Translations under genes and position numbers: made by a program | Notes under the pieces: generated by a model | Seen by the model: the letters and a program-made list of their open reading frames with translations, nothing else | The model's database searches: none | Told to the model about the DNA's origin: nothing | In this document: positions 39,775-53,685 of the stretch, in pieces | Layout: every line of letters begins with the position of its first letter | Position numbering within the stretch: the stretch's first letter is position 1 | Assembly: GCF_006345805.1 (NCBI RefSeq) | Contig: NC_042999.1 | Location: 109,864,001-109,928,000 of the forward strand | DNA: 64,000 bases | Source of the DNA: Octopus sinensis | Lineage: Eukaryota | Direction: 5' to 3'

Positions 39775-40346
39775 CAGCGGTTCTTAACTGTGGTACATAT
39801 GGTCCTTGATGGTCCATATAAGATGGGGGGGGGGGGGGGAGCATGCAATGAAATAGTAAATTGGGGACCCACAATAGTATTTTAAGAGCCCTTGAAAAAC
39901 TTTTGCTTTAGATATATGTCTTGGTATGCATTGGAAGAAACAGCTAGGTTTCTTTCTCTAACATTTTACATGGTTCAATCTTTACAAGTTAATGTATGAA
40001 AAACAAAACAGAAAGACGTTTCTATTTATACTAGTTTTTAACCCTTTAGTGTTCAGATTATTCTGTCAAATGTGATGTTTGTTTATTTAAAATGGTTTGA
40101 ATTAATCATGTATTATCTTGTAGTTTAGAGATTGCAGTGATGTGATTTTTTTAGTTTTAGAATGACATGGTAGGGCTGAGGTGAGAGGTGAGAGCTGGTC
40201 AGTTTCAATATAAAACAGGTTAAATATTTTGGTCGGATATGGCCGGTTTGAATGCTAAAGGGTTAAATATCAAATGGCTATAGGGGTTCACCAAATGAAA
40301 TAGTAATCAAAGGGGTCCTTAGACGGAAAACGGTTGAGAACCCCTG
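39775..40346. mobile_element. hAT-Charlie (MER5-like) non-autonomous element, interrupted by a piggyBac MITE
   Basis: TIRs cagcggttcttaac / gttgagaacccctg; flanks ttctagaa / ttctaaga; internal poly-G at ~39826-39839. Confidence 0.8.
40042..40262. mobile_element. piggyBac-type MITE, 221 bp
   Basis: TTAA-ccctttag ... ctaaaggg-TTAA (TTAA at 40038-40041 and 40263-40266). Confidence 0.88.
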
Positions 40347-41049
40347 TTCTAAGACTTTTCAAAACATGAGGCTGATGAAAAATAAAGCAGAAATTAGGAT
40401 TGACCAAAAATTGTAGCTTATAACAAATGAACTTTACAATTTAGAAAAATCAATTAAGCTATGTGAAAATATTCACAGTTCAACAGCATCATTTTCTTTA
40501 AATTTTGCTTCTGTCTTGATTAAACCATGAACTAAGAGAATAAGAAAAGTGCTTATCAATCAAGTTGAGCAATGACTGAAGACACAAAACTTGTTTCTAA
40601 TAATACTGTTTAACAAACAACAGAGTAACTCAACTGACAAACAACAGAATTAGATTAGCAAGCAGATTCTGTTATTTTTGATAGCCAGACATGATAGCGT
40701 CAATAATCTTGATAATCTAATAGATTTTAATTTGTTTTAGTGGCCAGAAAACATTCTGTTTTCTTACAAATATTAAATGGTTGTAACAAACTTCCATTTA
40801 ATTCAACTTGACTAGGGAAAGAAAAACTGGGAATAAAATTAAAAAAATAAAATAAAATAATGAATTACATAAAAAAAGGTTTAAAGGAAAATTAAATCAC
40901 TTTGTAATTAAAATTAAATAGAAGCAAGCCTAGTGATGCAATGAAATTTATTAATTTATGTGTAAGACTAGTGTATGAGTGCAGATAGTGTGATCTTAAT
41001 CAGTCTCAGGATTTTAAGTTCAAATCTCATGCAGGTGCTCTTATTTTAA

Positions 41050-41093
<44 letters not shown>

Positions 41094-41510
41094 AATTATT
41101 CTGTATAGTGCTCAGGTGCACTACAACTCATCAAATATGTATGTACAGTACATAGAATTATATACAAAAGTCTGGAAAGTGAACAGTGTAAGAGTCATGA
41201 TATACATGTGTGCATGTGTATGGGGGGGATCAGGTGTAGTGTTGGTGAATTCCAGGAAGCATGGAGATTTTTAAAGGATGCAATGTCTCGGTAACTAACA
41301 ACTGATGCAGGTAGTTTGTTCCATGCTTCAGCAACTCTGAGTCTGAAAAAATGTTTCCATGAGCTGTGCTATTTACTGTGTTTATAGGCATGCCTATGTG
41401 TGTTAGACACATGAGCTCAAAAAGGTGTTCAAGTTGGTTGTTGGTGCGATCGTTAATAATTTTGTTGGGGTTTACTAAGTCACCTGCCAGACATTGGAGC
41501 TGCAATGTAT
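41050..41510 (-). mobile_element. CR1-group LINE 3' end with (TTA)n tail
   Basis: Minus frame HFFRLRVAEAWNKLPASVVSYRDIASFK matches the CR1/L2 ORF2 C-terminal motif (FF..RV...WN.LP), followed by a 3' UTR and (TTA)n at ~41050-41092. Confidence 0.85.
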
Positions 41511-41682
41511 TTATCTATAAATTAAGCACTATTTGTATGCAACAATGAATATTAACATAAAACAGTGTGTATGTGTTTCTGTACACACACACACACACAC
41601 ACACACATACACATATACATTATTAAGAACAATTAAGTTTAGCAGCAAAGAATTTAGGGATTCAACAGTTATGGCTTTACCT

Positions 41683-42284
41683 CAGGGGTTCTCTAACCGG
41701 GATGTGCATAGTTTTGAGGATACAAATAAAAATTATAGGAATGCCTGAAATTTATAAAATACTAGAATTCTGAAATAAACACAACTAACTACTTTTTGTT
41801 AGTGCACTGTCAAATTTAGTGAATAGTATTTATATATAAAAACAAAAAAAAAACCTTGTCAAATATGTTGTTTGGCAGTCTTGACTTCCAAATATAATTA
41901 GTAACAAATTATATTTTGAGGACGGGTAACCACCCAGAAACTTGAGTCCATGTGTATCACATAAGGCTAGAGAAGGGGGCGATGACCTCCCCTCGCAAAT
42001 ACTAATCAGACACAGAATGTGTGTCATTAGCCAGCTAGAAGAGATGTCTTCCTGGGGCTATAAACGCCAGTGGCACTGTCCTGTATAGAGTGTCACACTT
42101 GGTTGGCAATTATATGTTAAAAATTATATTTTGTTTGTTTATGATAACCATAACATTATATCTACTTAATATTGTCTCTTTTCTGGTACCCAACATTTTA
42201 CCATATGCACTTCACACGGGGTGTGCCAACACTTTTGGACAAAATGGATAAGTATCTTTGAAGAAAAGTTTGAGAACCCCCCTG
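41683..42284. mobile_element. hAT-Charlie-like element or two fragments
   Basis: caggggttctctaacc ... gtttgagaacccccctg; the right flank is ttctaagt but the left flank does not match. Confidence 0.5.
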
Positions 42285-42578
42285 TTCTAAGTCAAGGGAT
42301 TTAAAGCTTATTAAAGGAAGACTGCATTAAACTATGGAAAAAAATGAAACAAATCCCCCTAACATTCCAGATAGAATGTAGCTGAAATTAGATGTCTGTT
42401 CTTGCCTTTTTTTTTAATATTATAATTTCTTTATATTATTTCCAGCTTCTTGGTTAATATTTGTAGATGGGGTGTAGGATTATGAAGAACTACATAATCA
42501 ATTGTATTAATGGCCCAGGAAGGCAGTAAAGAATGTTTTAAAACCCAAATGCACACACACAAACACACATGTTTGTAT

Positions 42579-42628
<50 letters not shown>

Positions 42629-42960
42629 ATGTGTGTGAGTGTGTGTACATGAGTGTCTGTGTGAAAATACTTTTATGGGATGAAGTAAACAATATTGTGA
42701 TTTTATAAATTTAAGTGAAAGAATAGATAACTCACAAAATATATTTTTTACACTTGTACATTATAATCCACAAATTTCTGGGATAGAATATAATTGACTG
42801 TACATATCTGGTACTTTTCTTATAAACCATTGACGAATGAAAGGTACTTTTGACCTTAAACTCAAGAGGACAAAATTAAATGAGGGACCCTCTAGTATTT
42901 CTCCCAGTGCCTTGCTTTAATAGCAATAACAATCATAATAATAATAATCATCATCATAAC

Positions 42961-43000
<40 letters not shown>

Positions 43001-43002
<2 letters not shown>

Positions 43003-43217
43003 CCTTTCTACTGGAAGCACAAGGCCTCAAATTAGGGGGATGGGATTAAGTCAATTTCATCAACCCCAGAGTGTAACTGGTACTAATTTTATCGACCCTG
43101 AAAGGATTAAAGGCAAAGTCGAACTTGGCAGAATTTGAACTCAGAACGTAACGGCAGACGAAATACATCTAGGCATTTCGCCCGCCGTGCTAATGATTCT
43201 GCCAGCTCACCGCCTTT
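43001..43217 (-). mobile_element. tRNA-like SINE, family C, within (AAT)n
   Basis: Reverse complement of the family at 47478-47699; (AAT)n on both sides. Degraded copies at ~3840-4030, 33260-33430, 44030-44220, 51000-51290 and 59660-59790. Confidence 0.85.
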
Positions 43218-44221
43218 AACATAATAATAATAATAATAATAATAATCCTAAAACAATAATAAGAGTTAATTGTGAAGAATTTTTTTTTCTAAAGAAAACT
43301 TCTTCACTTTTGAGCATCACGTTTTAAAATTAAATTTGATGCATTAAATTTTAAAATAATAAAATACAAGCTAATGCATGCTAACTTGTAACAGTTGATA
43401 ATCAGCCATTTTGTCTAGTGGCATTTTAAATTATCAGAGTTATTTCCCTCTGTTTAATTAGTTTCGTTATTTCTCTCTCCAATAAGTCTTCACAATTCTG
43501 CATGGAGCAAGCTAGAAGTGTAACCTTAAAATATAGTGTGTGTGCATGTGTGTCTGTTTGTATGTATCTACAGGAAATCTGCTGGTTTAAAAATTTTTTT
43601 TAATCAGACAAAACACCTCTAGATTATTTCCATTTAATCTATTTATGCATCTATATACAAACTTATATAAAAGTATTTTCTCAATAGACACATTTCTATG
43701 AAGAATAAGAACTAAAAAAAAACTAAAAGCAACTAATACAATGTGTATGTGTGTTGATGTAAAGTAATTGTGTATGTTACATTCTTAATACTAAAATATT
43801 TACATTAAAACATTTAAAATAATAATTTTCGCTATTTTGTTTTAATTTACTGTTTTTTTATAATTAGCTATAATTGAAGTGACATGAACTGGGTTTATAT
43901 TAACAACACAAGCATTATCAACGTGTGAATTGGATGCAATGTGTTTTTTAGTTTTAAAAAAATATGTTAAATTTCAATATTGATAATGATACCCGCAATT
44001 GAATATAAATAATCCTGTCTATTACAGGCACAAGGCCTGAAATTTTGGAGGAGGGGGCTAGTTGATTACATCAACCCCAGTATTCAACTGGTACTTATTT
44101 TATAAACCATTAAAGAATGAAATACAAAGGCAACCTTGGTGGAATTTGAACTCAGAACATAAAGACAAACAAAATGCTGCTAAGCATTTTTTCCGGTGTG
44201 CTAATGTTTCTGCCAGATCAC

Positions 44222-44252
<31 letters not shown>

Positions 44253-46067
44253 CTACACACACATACAAACAGACAGACAGACACATATATACATACATAC
44301 ACACACGCACATATATATTATGTATATATATATATAGGGAGGGGAAGAGAGACAGAGAAGATTAATTTTTTTCTCTTCCTACAACCCTAACCCTAACCCT
44401 CCAGATATGGAGGAGGGGCACTAACTTAATTGACTCTAGTATTTAAACTGGTGCTTAATGTAGTCAATTGAGAAGAAGGATCAAAGCCAAAGTTTACCTT
44501 GATGGAATATGAACTCAGAACATAAAGGAATGTAATGAAATCCTCCTATGGTATTTAGTCAGATATACTACCGTGGAATGGTTACAATGATGAAAAAGGA
44601 GGATTTCCTACACTGATGCAAATTTTGTAGGCAAAGAATATAGTCTACTATATAATAATTCCAAATATTTGATTGGTACTTATTTTATCAACTCAAGAAT
44701 AATGAAAGACAGACTGAAGAACATAAGTATATACCAGAAGGCATTTTGCCCTATGCTCTATCAATTCTGTTGTGCATCATTGTAATGATAATAATTTCTA
44801 ACGTAGGTACAAGGCCACAAATTTGTGGTAAGGAAACTGCCAATTATATCAAATCAATACTTGACTGGACAGACTTCAGAATGTACCAGAAACTTATTGA
44901 CTGTAGATCGGGAAGAGTTAAAGTTAAACATTGCAATAAATACACACACACACACAAAGTCTTTCTATTTAGATAATTAACTTGTATCTACTAGGTTAGT
45001 GGAATTTATTTTATTAACTTGGAAAACAAAAAGTAAAGTTGATGCCTGTGCAATCATCACCATTATGATTACAATTTGACTAATACTTTATTTCACAGAC
45101 CCTGAGAGTAGAAAAGTCTAAGTTAACCCATGCTAGCTTTTGAGCTCAGAATGTAAAAGTTACAAAGTGCTGTGTTTGACATTCTAACAAATCTGTCTAC
45201 CCATTGCTCTTTTACTGGTTTCAACAAGTTAGTTGTGGCCATGCTGGGGCAGAGTTATAGAAATGTATTTTATTAACTTTAGTTATACAATAAACTGTTG
45301 CTTCTTCTTTGTAGGATAAAGGAAGGTTTAAACTAAATTCTTTGTTATATCTAGCCAATGAGGGAGAGTTTATGCCAGTGTTTTCCAAACTCTTTACTCT
45401 TGGGAACCTTTAAAATACTTTATTTGTTGCAGAGAGCCCTTATGTAAAAATTATCATGCATATCTTTGTAATTTTTCTTTCTTTTTCATAGTGTTAAATT
45501 TCACAGTAGGTTAAAGAAATCAGGAAACTGACTTTGGGAGATTTTCCAGTGCTAAAAATACCAGATGCCACAAAGAAGGTTTAATAAATTTTCTCTTAAC
45601 TAAAATTTGTTTTGACTAAATTTTCTTGCAATTCTCTATTAAGAGGTCATTTTCCCCCCTAAGACCTAATTTCTATATACATATGTCAGTATTTTCTTAC
45701 CTTAGGGAATATGCCATATGCGTATAACAAAATTACTCAAAAGGCCTTTAAACTGTATTTGCATATAATTAACCTGTTTATCCCAATTTCTTGCAGAACC
45801 TATGGTCCTAGGGAGCCCTGGTTAGGGAATGCTCTTCTATACTCTGTCTGTTTGAAACAGTAGACAGATATTCCTCAAATCACACTACACCCCATTATTC
45901 AAGAAAAGGGTGAATATATTAGATCAGTTGGGGTTGATGTGGGTACGTATGACATCAGATAACAAATATCAGAACTAGATACCATCTAACAAAAAATAAT
46001 GACTGCAACAGTTATAAAAATATGTAGAAATAGAGACAGATGCCTGCAACTTTACAGATTACATAAT

Positions 46068-46416
46068 TTACCTCTGCCCTAGCAAAGGCGGAGGTATTGT
46101 TTTCAGTCATGTTTGTTTGTTTGTTTGTCCATGGACAAAATATCTCACAAACTGCCTGATGGATTCAAATGAAACTTTCAGGGATGTTTGGCCTCATGAC
46201 TGGCATGATTTTATTAGATTTTGGGATTGATATGGTGCCAGACAAGGATTCTGGATTATTTTTCCTGTTTCTTTTACTTAATTTTTGAGAGCAGTCAGGT
46301 TCATTTTTAGTATTCTCGTTTGTGAGAGGAGTCGAGTTTATTTCAGATATTCTCATTTTAAAAATCCTCTCTGGTGTTGTCTTGGCCGAGGTTTGTGCTC
46401 TCTGAGTGCTCTTGTA
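46068..46416 (+). mobile_element. Helentron/DINE-1-like non-autonomous element (HINE)
   Basis: 5' palindrome acctctgcc-ctagcaa-aggcggaggt, then a (GTTT)n tract. 3' end has an inverted sub-terminal copy (ggccgaggt) and a short hairpin (gtgctc-tct-gagtgc) before a T-rich end. Confidence 0.65.
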
Positions 46417-46473
46417 CTGTTATCAGTTTTAATTCTATGGAACAAAGTGTAGATTGCATGTAATTTTTTAAAC

Positions 46474-46629
46474 AGGTGTGGCTGTGTGGTAAGAAGCTTG
46501 GTTCCCAACCACATGGTTTCAGGTTCAGTCCCACTGCATGGCACCTTGGGCAAGTGTCTTCTCCTATAGCTTTGAGCTGACCAAAACCTTGTGAATGGAT
46601 TTGGTAGACGGAAACTGAAAGAAGCCTGT

Positions 46630-46674
<45 letters not shown>

Positions 46675-46927
46675 GTACATGTTTATGTGTGTGTGTATCT
46701 TTGTGTCTATGTTTGTACCCCAACCATCACTTGACAACCGATGTTAGTGTGTTTATGTCTCTGTAACTTAGAGGTCTGACAAAAAATTGACCGATAGAAT
46801 AAGTACCAGGCTTACAAAGGTTAAGTCGTGGGGTCGATTTCTTTGACTAAAAAACCCTTTAAGGTGGTGCACCAACATAGCTGCAGTCAAATGACTGAAA
46901 GAAGTAAAAAAGTAAAAGGATAAAAGA
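46474..46927 (+). mobile_element. SINE, family A, full length, sense orientation
   Basis: Head gtggctgtgtggtaagaagc...GGTTCAGTCCC, CORE-like ggcaccttgggcaagtgtctt, internal (CA)/(TA)/(TG) tract, tail cagtcaaatgactgaaagaagtaaaaaagtaaaaggataaaag. Confidence 0.9.
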
Positions 46928-47202
46928 ATATATTTATGTAATAATTAATCTGATAATTAGGAAATGTTATTTCCATATAACAATACTTTTCCAATAAGTT
47001 TTCACATTTTTATCAAACTGGATTTTGTTGTTTGTACATCAACGAACTCAGTTGATTGACACCATACTTTTACCCAACAGAGCCTTTGGATATTTGTGTT
47101 GTTGGGTTACCAGAGGTTCATATTACTTCCTGTTGTTTTCACTATTGCATTTCAAACTGACACCACTTAGTGTCTTATTTTAGCGTTCATTTCTTGACTC
47201 AC

Positions 47203-47297
47203 AGTGCCTTATCTTTGTTCATTACTTGACTCAGTAAGGGAAGGCTATGCTCAAAAGCCATGTAAAGTTCGCAGTGAAATGAAAGAACCCAAAAGCT
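47203..47297 (-). CDS. Candidate internal exon, product unknown (SFWVLSFHCELYMAFEHSLPLLSQVMNKDKA-L)
   Basis: 95 nt between tatcattctgtcattag and CACT|gtgagt; only one frame is open. The plus strand also has an acceptor-led 56-codon frame here, so the strand is ambiguous. Confidence 0.22.
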
Positions 47298-47477
47298 CTA
47301 ATGACAGAATGATAGATTCACCACCTTTGTTATCATACACCCATTTTTCCATACTTATGTCTCATCATTGATCATGGCTCTCTTCCATTTGGTATACACA
47401 GCAACAGAAAAAACGAAAACAAAAACAAAAAACCCAGGTCATCCTTGTTGTGTATGTTATACTTGTGACATGGTTTA

Positions 47478-47699
47478 AAGGGCGGCGAGCTGGCAGAAAC
47501 ATTAGCACACTGGGCGAAATGCGTAGCCGTATTTCGTTTGCCATTACGTTCTGAGTTCAAATTCCGCCGAGGTCGACTTTGCCTTTCATCCTTTCGGGGT
47601 CGATAAATTAAGTACCAGTTACGCACTGGAGTTGATATAATCGACTTAATCCGTTTGTCTAACCTTGTTTAGCCCCTTGTGGGTAGTAAAGAAATAGGT
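47478..47699 (+). mobile_element. SINE, family C, young-looking copy
   Basis: ggcggcgagctggcagaaac...ctGAGTTCAAATTCCgccgaggtcgactttgcctttcatcctttcggggtcgataaattaagtacc; CpGs intact. Confidence 0.88.
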
Positions 47700-48484
47700 T
47701 TAACACCTGGATGCCCTTCCTGTCACCAACCCCATTACAGTATGGAGAATAGTGAAGATAAAAAAGAAACAAAAAAAAAAAAAAAAAAAAAACAACAACA
47801 AAACAAAGCAAAGAGAAATTATTGGTATAATCCTCGATTCCAGTAAATGTTTTTTTAAACACCTACTTCATATGGCATTTCTTTTTGAAATTCTGGTGGG
47901 CCTGTGCATCTATTTAGGATTAAAAGAACCCTAGAGAAGCTTCAAGTCTGCAATTGAAATCACTGCTTGATTATAATGATAGGTCTGGCAGCATCTCTTC
48001 TATATGAAACAATATCCATAAGCGGGAAAGTAAAATGTAATCTAAATTTAAATGTGTTTATGTATTGGTTGTACATCTACAAAAGGGCTTAAAGACATAC
48101 ATATACACATACACAGACGTACATATTAACTGAGATAAAAGCTAGCAAATGATTACAAGAGACCCCGTTGAAGATTAATGATCTGAAATGTATTTGCCAA
48201 ATTTGTCAACGGCACCTTTCAATAGGAAAATAATGGTTGAATTTGCAATTTATCACTCAACAACAGTGTTCCAAAGTTGGCGCCAGCAGTGAGAGTAGCA
48301 AAAAGAAGTCTGAAAGAATTCCTTACGCATAAACATTACAATAAAATATATGAATATCAATTTGGTAACTAAACTAGAGAACTATAAAAATAAGCTATAA
48401 ATACCAGACATGTGGAGTGCAGGTGGAGTTGGAGGAAGAGCAAATAGTTTTCTGAAAACATATATGTACATCTCTTACACACAA

Positions 48485-48540
<56 letters not shown>

Positions 48541-49490
48541 GTGTATATGTATATATATATATATACACACACACACACATATATATATAAGTACACACAT
48601 TTATGAAAGTAAAAATATTGCAAACGTTCAAGAGACAATAATTTACCCTTAAAAAAGGGTAAAAAGTGAACACACACACACATGCATACACACACACACA
48701 GTAGAATGTTACAGTGATGAAGATGGAAAGATGAAAGGCAAAGTGAAAACAAAGAAAAAAAAAAGTGTGAATAAATAAATAGCTAAATAAATACATGTAT
48801 AAATGATAAATAAGACAAGTTTTGGAATATGGTGGGGGGAGGGGTAGGGGTTGGGGGGGTGGAGATGAAAAGAAGACAAGCATAGAGAAAAAAAAAATGA
48901 AATTATGAAGAAAGAGAAAATAGAAGAAAGAAAGAAAGAAAGAAAGAAAGAGAAAAACACAGTACTATTTGCCTGTCAATAACAGAGCATAGAGGAACAG
49001 AAAATATCAGTTCATTAAATAAATAGAGAGGTATAACTAGGTTTGGAGCATTAGCATAGTGGTGGTAGTGGCGAGGGTGGTAGGTGGGTGGGTGGAGGGT
49101 AGGGTGGGAGGTGGTGGAATCAATAAGTAAGTGAACTGGTATTGGTGTGCGCGCGTGTGCGTGTGAGTGAGAAAGATTTGTGCATGTGAGAATGAATAAT
49201 ATCGAGTGTATGTATATATATATGTGTATGTATGTATATATATATGAAAAAAAAAATTGCTATGTGTTTATAACGTTAGGTAGGATAAAGAATGTTCGGA
49301 GCATGTAGAGAGACTCGATCTGTATGTGTAACAAATACATTTGTGTGTGTGCACGCATGTGTGTGTGTGTGTGTGACTGTGGTCTTATGTAATAATGAAT
49401 ATTTATATAAATGCAATAAAGCATTTGTAATTGTGCGTGTATGTATGTGTGTACCCCCATGTATGTTTGCTTGTGTTTCTGATCATATTC

Positions 49491-49902
49491 TCTTTTACTT
49501 GTTTCAGTCATTTGACTGCAGCCATGCTGGAGCACCGCCTTTAGTTGAGCAAATCGACCCCGGGACTTATTCTTTGTAAGCCCAGTACTTATTCTATCGG
49601 ACTCTATTGCCGAACCGCTAAGTGACGGGGACGTAAACACACCAGCATCGGTTGTCAAGCAATGCTAGGAGGACAAACACACACACACAAACACACACAC
49701 ATACACACACACACACATATATATATATACATATATATGACAGGCTTCTTTCAGTTTCCGTCTACCAAATCCACTCACAAGGCACTGGTCGGCCTGGGGC
49801 TATAGCAGAAGACACTTGCCCAAGATGCCACACAGTAGGACTGAACCCAGAACCATGTGGTTGGTTAGCAAGCTACTTACCACACAGCCACTCCTGCGCC
49901 TA
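49491..49902 (-). mobile_element. SINE, family A, near-intact
   Basis: Minus strand starts taggcgcaggagtggctgtgtggtaagtagcttgc...GGTTCAGTCC; internal (TA)/(TG) tract; ends tgactgaaacaagtaaaaga. Confidence 0.92.
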
Positions 49903-52124
49903 TATATATATATATATATATATATCTGTGTGTGTTTGTGTAAACATATGTGTATTTATGCTGTATTTATGCTTCGTACATAATTACAGTGACAAATACT
50001 GACTGAAACATGAACAGTTATACAGGGTGGTATAATATCTATTAACCTCATTATCATAATTTTTATTTTTTTTGTTGGTAATAATGCTTATTTTCAATCA
50101 TCTCAGATCATCTTCAAGTGCCATATCATAACAAATATGTATCTACATAGGTCAGTATTGAACTCGCAAATCTTCAAATCTTTTATAAATTATGGTGCCA
50201 TCTAATTGTTTTTGCTTTTTGATATTATATTTTTCTATTTGTTTCAGACATTTGACTGTGGTCATGCTGGAGCACTGCCTTGAAGTGTTTTAGTTGAACA
50301 AATCGACTGAAGGGCTTGTTTTTTTAAAGCTTAGTACTTATTCTATTGATCTCTTTTGCTGAACTGCTAAGTTACAGGGATGTAAACACACCAACACTGG
50401 TTGCCAAGTGGTGATGGGGAGATATACACAGACACAAAAATATATATATACATATACATATATCATGGGCTTCTTTCAGTTTCTGTCTACCAAATCCACT
50501 CACAAGGATTTGGTTGGCTCGAGGCTATAGTTGTAGACACTTGCCCAAGGTGTAACCCCTTTGGTTACAAGTTCAAATTCTAATACTTGCTGATTGTTTA
50601 CCAGCTCTTCAGGATTGCTAATAAAGAACAAAGTATATATGATGGATAAAGTGAATCTGTTGTTTAACTGTTCCTGATTGACCCTATGCCAAAATACAAA
50701 ATCATTTTTGTTGTTGAGGGAAACTGGCAAAAACAGTAGACTACTAAGTTAAATGCTAATGCCACATAATGAGCATCCAGTCCACACTGTAAAGTGGTTG
50801 GTGTTTGGAAGGGCATCTAGCTGTAAAATCCATAGTAAGACTGACCTCAACTGTAAAAAGCACTCAGTCCACTCTGATGGGTGGTTGGTGTTAGGAACAG
50901 CATCCAGCCATAAAAACCCTTCCAAAACAGACAGAAGCCTGGTGTAGGCTCCTGCTTAGTTTCTGAGTTCAGCATAGCCTTTAATCCTTTCAAGTTTGAC
51001 CAGCTTTCAAGTACCAGCTGAGCACTGGGGTAAACGTAATTGACTTAACCCTCCCCCAAACTTGATGGTATTGTACCAAAATTTGGAATTATCATCATCA
51101 TCATCATCATCACCATTATCATCATTATTATTATTATTTGTTTCTAATTTAGACATACAATCTAAATTTTATTGACCTGGCAGAGTGAAGGGTAAAGTTG
51201 AGACCTCAGCAGGATTTGAATTCAGAACATAGCATGCCGGAAGAAATACTGCTGGAAAACTATTTTTCTTATGCTCTGACAATTTTGTCCATCCACCATC
51301 CTAATAATAATAACAAGAACAACAACAACAATAACAACAAAAGAGATTCATGCCTGGAAATTAGTGATGACAAATCTTTTCAAGTCTAGTGGCCTTGTAA
51401 GTAATTCTTGTAAAACAGAGTATGACAGTTTTGCTACAACTCTCTTATTTAAGTCTTAGTTCCAATGACTCTTAATTACATGAAGATGGTGTTTGGTGCT
51501 GCTCTTTATTCTTATTAGAAATGTCCCAGTCAAATATTTCAGTTTTCTTAAATCTCTAGCCCAGATACTTTCTTAGTTCTCTAATCTAGATGCTTTTTAA
51601 TCATTAATCATGTTCTTTTCTTCTTTTTCTTTTTCCTTCTTGCTCTGTTCTTGTGTCTTACAGTAAAATGTATGATATTAAATATCTTACTTTCTCTTTC
51701 TAAGTTCTTCTCTTTCTAAGTTCACACTTAAATAATTCCACAGGATCTGACAAGTCACTTTCAATACAGCTTCTGGCGGATAATGGCATCATTTTTTTTT
51801 CATCTACTTTAAATCCAAATTTCTTACTAAGCTTCCAGTGTATATTTTCCCTACACTGTCAAAATCTTCAACTGATTTCAATTACCCAGTAAAACCTCCC
51901 CATTTTTCCATCTACAGTCTCTGTCTTTAAAGAAACAGAAGACTGCGTTATAGTATTTAATTCCATTCTTTTACATTCTGACTTAAAAGTCTGACAATAT
52001 TAAAGTTGCTTTCCCTCTCAGTGGGATCAATAAAATATCAGTCAAATACTGACCTGAAATCAGTCAACTACAGCCTTCCCCTAAAAGCAGGATGTCTGGG
52101 ACCGAAGTGGGTATCTTTTGTATT

Positions 52125-52499
52125 CTTTTACTCTTTTACTTGTTTCAGTCATTTGACTACGGCCATGCTGGAGCACCGCCTTTAGTCGAGCAAATCAACC
52201 CCAGGACTTATTCTATCAGTCTCTTTTGCTGAACCTCTACGTTATGGGGACGTAAACACACCAGCATTGGTTGTCAAGCGATGTTGGGGGGACAAACACA
52301 GACACACAAATACACACATATATATTTATATATATGACAGGCTTCTTTCAGTTTCCGTCTACCAAATCCACTCACAAGGCTTTGGTTGGCCCGAGGCTAT
52401 AGTAGAAAACACTTGCCCAAGGTGCCATGCAGTGGGACTGAACCCGGAACCATGTGGCTGGTAAGCAAGCTACTTACCACACAACCACTCCTGTGCCTA
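52125..52499 (-). mobile_element. SINE, family A, near-intact
   Basis: Colinear with 49491-49902; tail (gtaaaaga)x2. Confidence 0.92.
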
Positions 52500-53685
52500 T
52501 TGCAGAATTCCATAAAATAAAAAAGAAGTTCTTGTTGAACCAAGTCTGGAAAGCTTCTGGTTTATTTATATCTCTTATGATATTGAGAAATTACAACTTC
52601 ACATACTCTCTTCATCAATGATTTCATATTTTCATGCTAGCAGTCTAAGAAACAATTCTTATTTTTATCTAATCATTACAGGCATATTATAGATTGTCTG
52701 AAATAGTGGGATAGTTTGAAATGATGGTGTTTAGATCGATAGGAACGAGTTTCCATTGTCACAGAGACACAGCAGTGATCGTGATGATTAGATGAGTGAA
52801 AACGAGGAAAGAGACACTGATGGTATTGATTATCATATTGATAGCATTAGAGAAGATGAAAATGAGTAGGATGTTAAAGAGTATTAGATGCAAAGACTTA
52901 AACTTTAGAAGTATTCCTGAATTAATATCAAAACTTGAAAAGAAAATGAAAAAAAACCCCCAAAAAACAAAACAAAAAGACAAAGAAAACGTAGAGGATA
53001 TGTTTTAAGATGTACACAAACTTATGTATTATATCCAAACATATATGTACACATATTTGACAGTCTATTTTGTAGGAATAGATATGTAATAAGTGAATGT
53101 GTATTCATCATAAAATTGAAAGAAAGACAAAAAACAAAAATAAAAGATGCTAATTAGATAAAGATCAACAAATTCAGCTCTGGTGTAAATTATTACGATT
53201 AAGATAATGATGTTAATCTTAACACTTTTAGTTTTCCACTTTATTTTTTTCAATTTTCTTGGCATTTACTTTTAGTAACTTCTGTTTTACCGTTATATCT
53301 TTTTTGCTTTTTTTGCTTAATTTCTGTTAAGAACAAAATTTTGGTCGTATCTTTAATTTTCTTTCTTTTTTTTTAGCTTCAGCTTATCAATACCATGTAA
53401 TAGGAAAATAAGAAGAAAGAAATGTATTTAAAAGAAAAAAAATATCTAATATAAAACTAAATTTTATCTATTTGCTTATTTACATTAAAATTTTGATAAT
53501 ACTGAAGTGGTAAAGTTGTGAATAATTAATATGAATGCCAACCAAAAATTAATGGCTACATTACTTTTGCTGCATTCAGCTCTACTTGGGCAATCAATGC
53601 CAACATCATTACCTCCTCTTCCTCCTCCTTCTACTCCTCAAGGAAGCATTTTAAATTTTTCTCTTGTATAAATTCTTTATAGTTC

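Noticed and set aside
44383-44400. (AACCCT)3 telomere-type repeat
   Set aside because: Only three units, lying between SINE fragments; too short to call an interstitial telomere.
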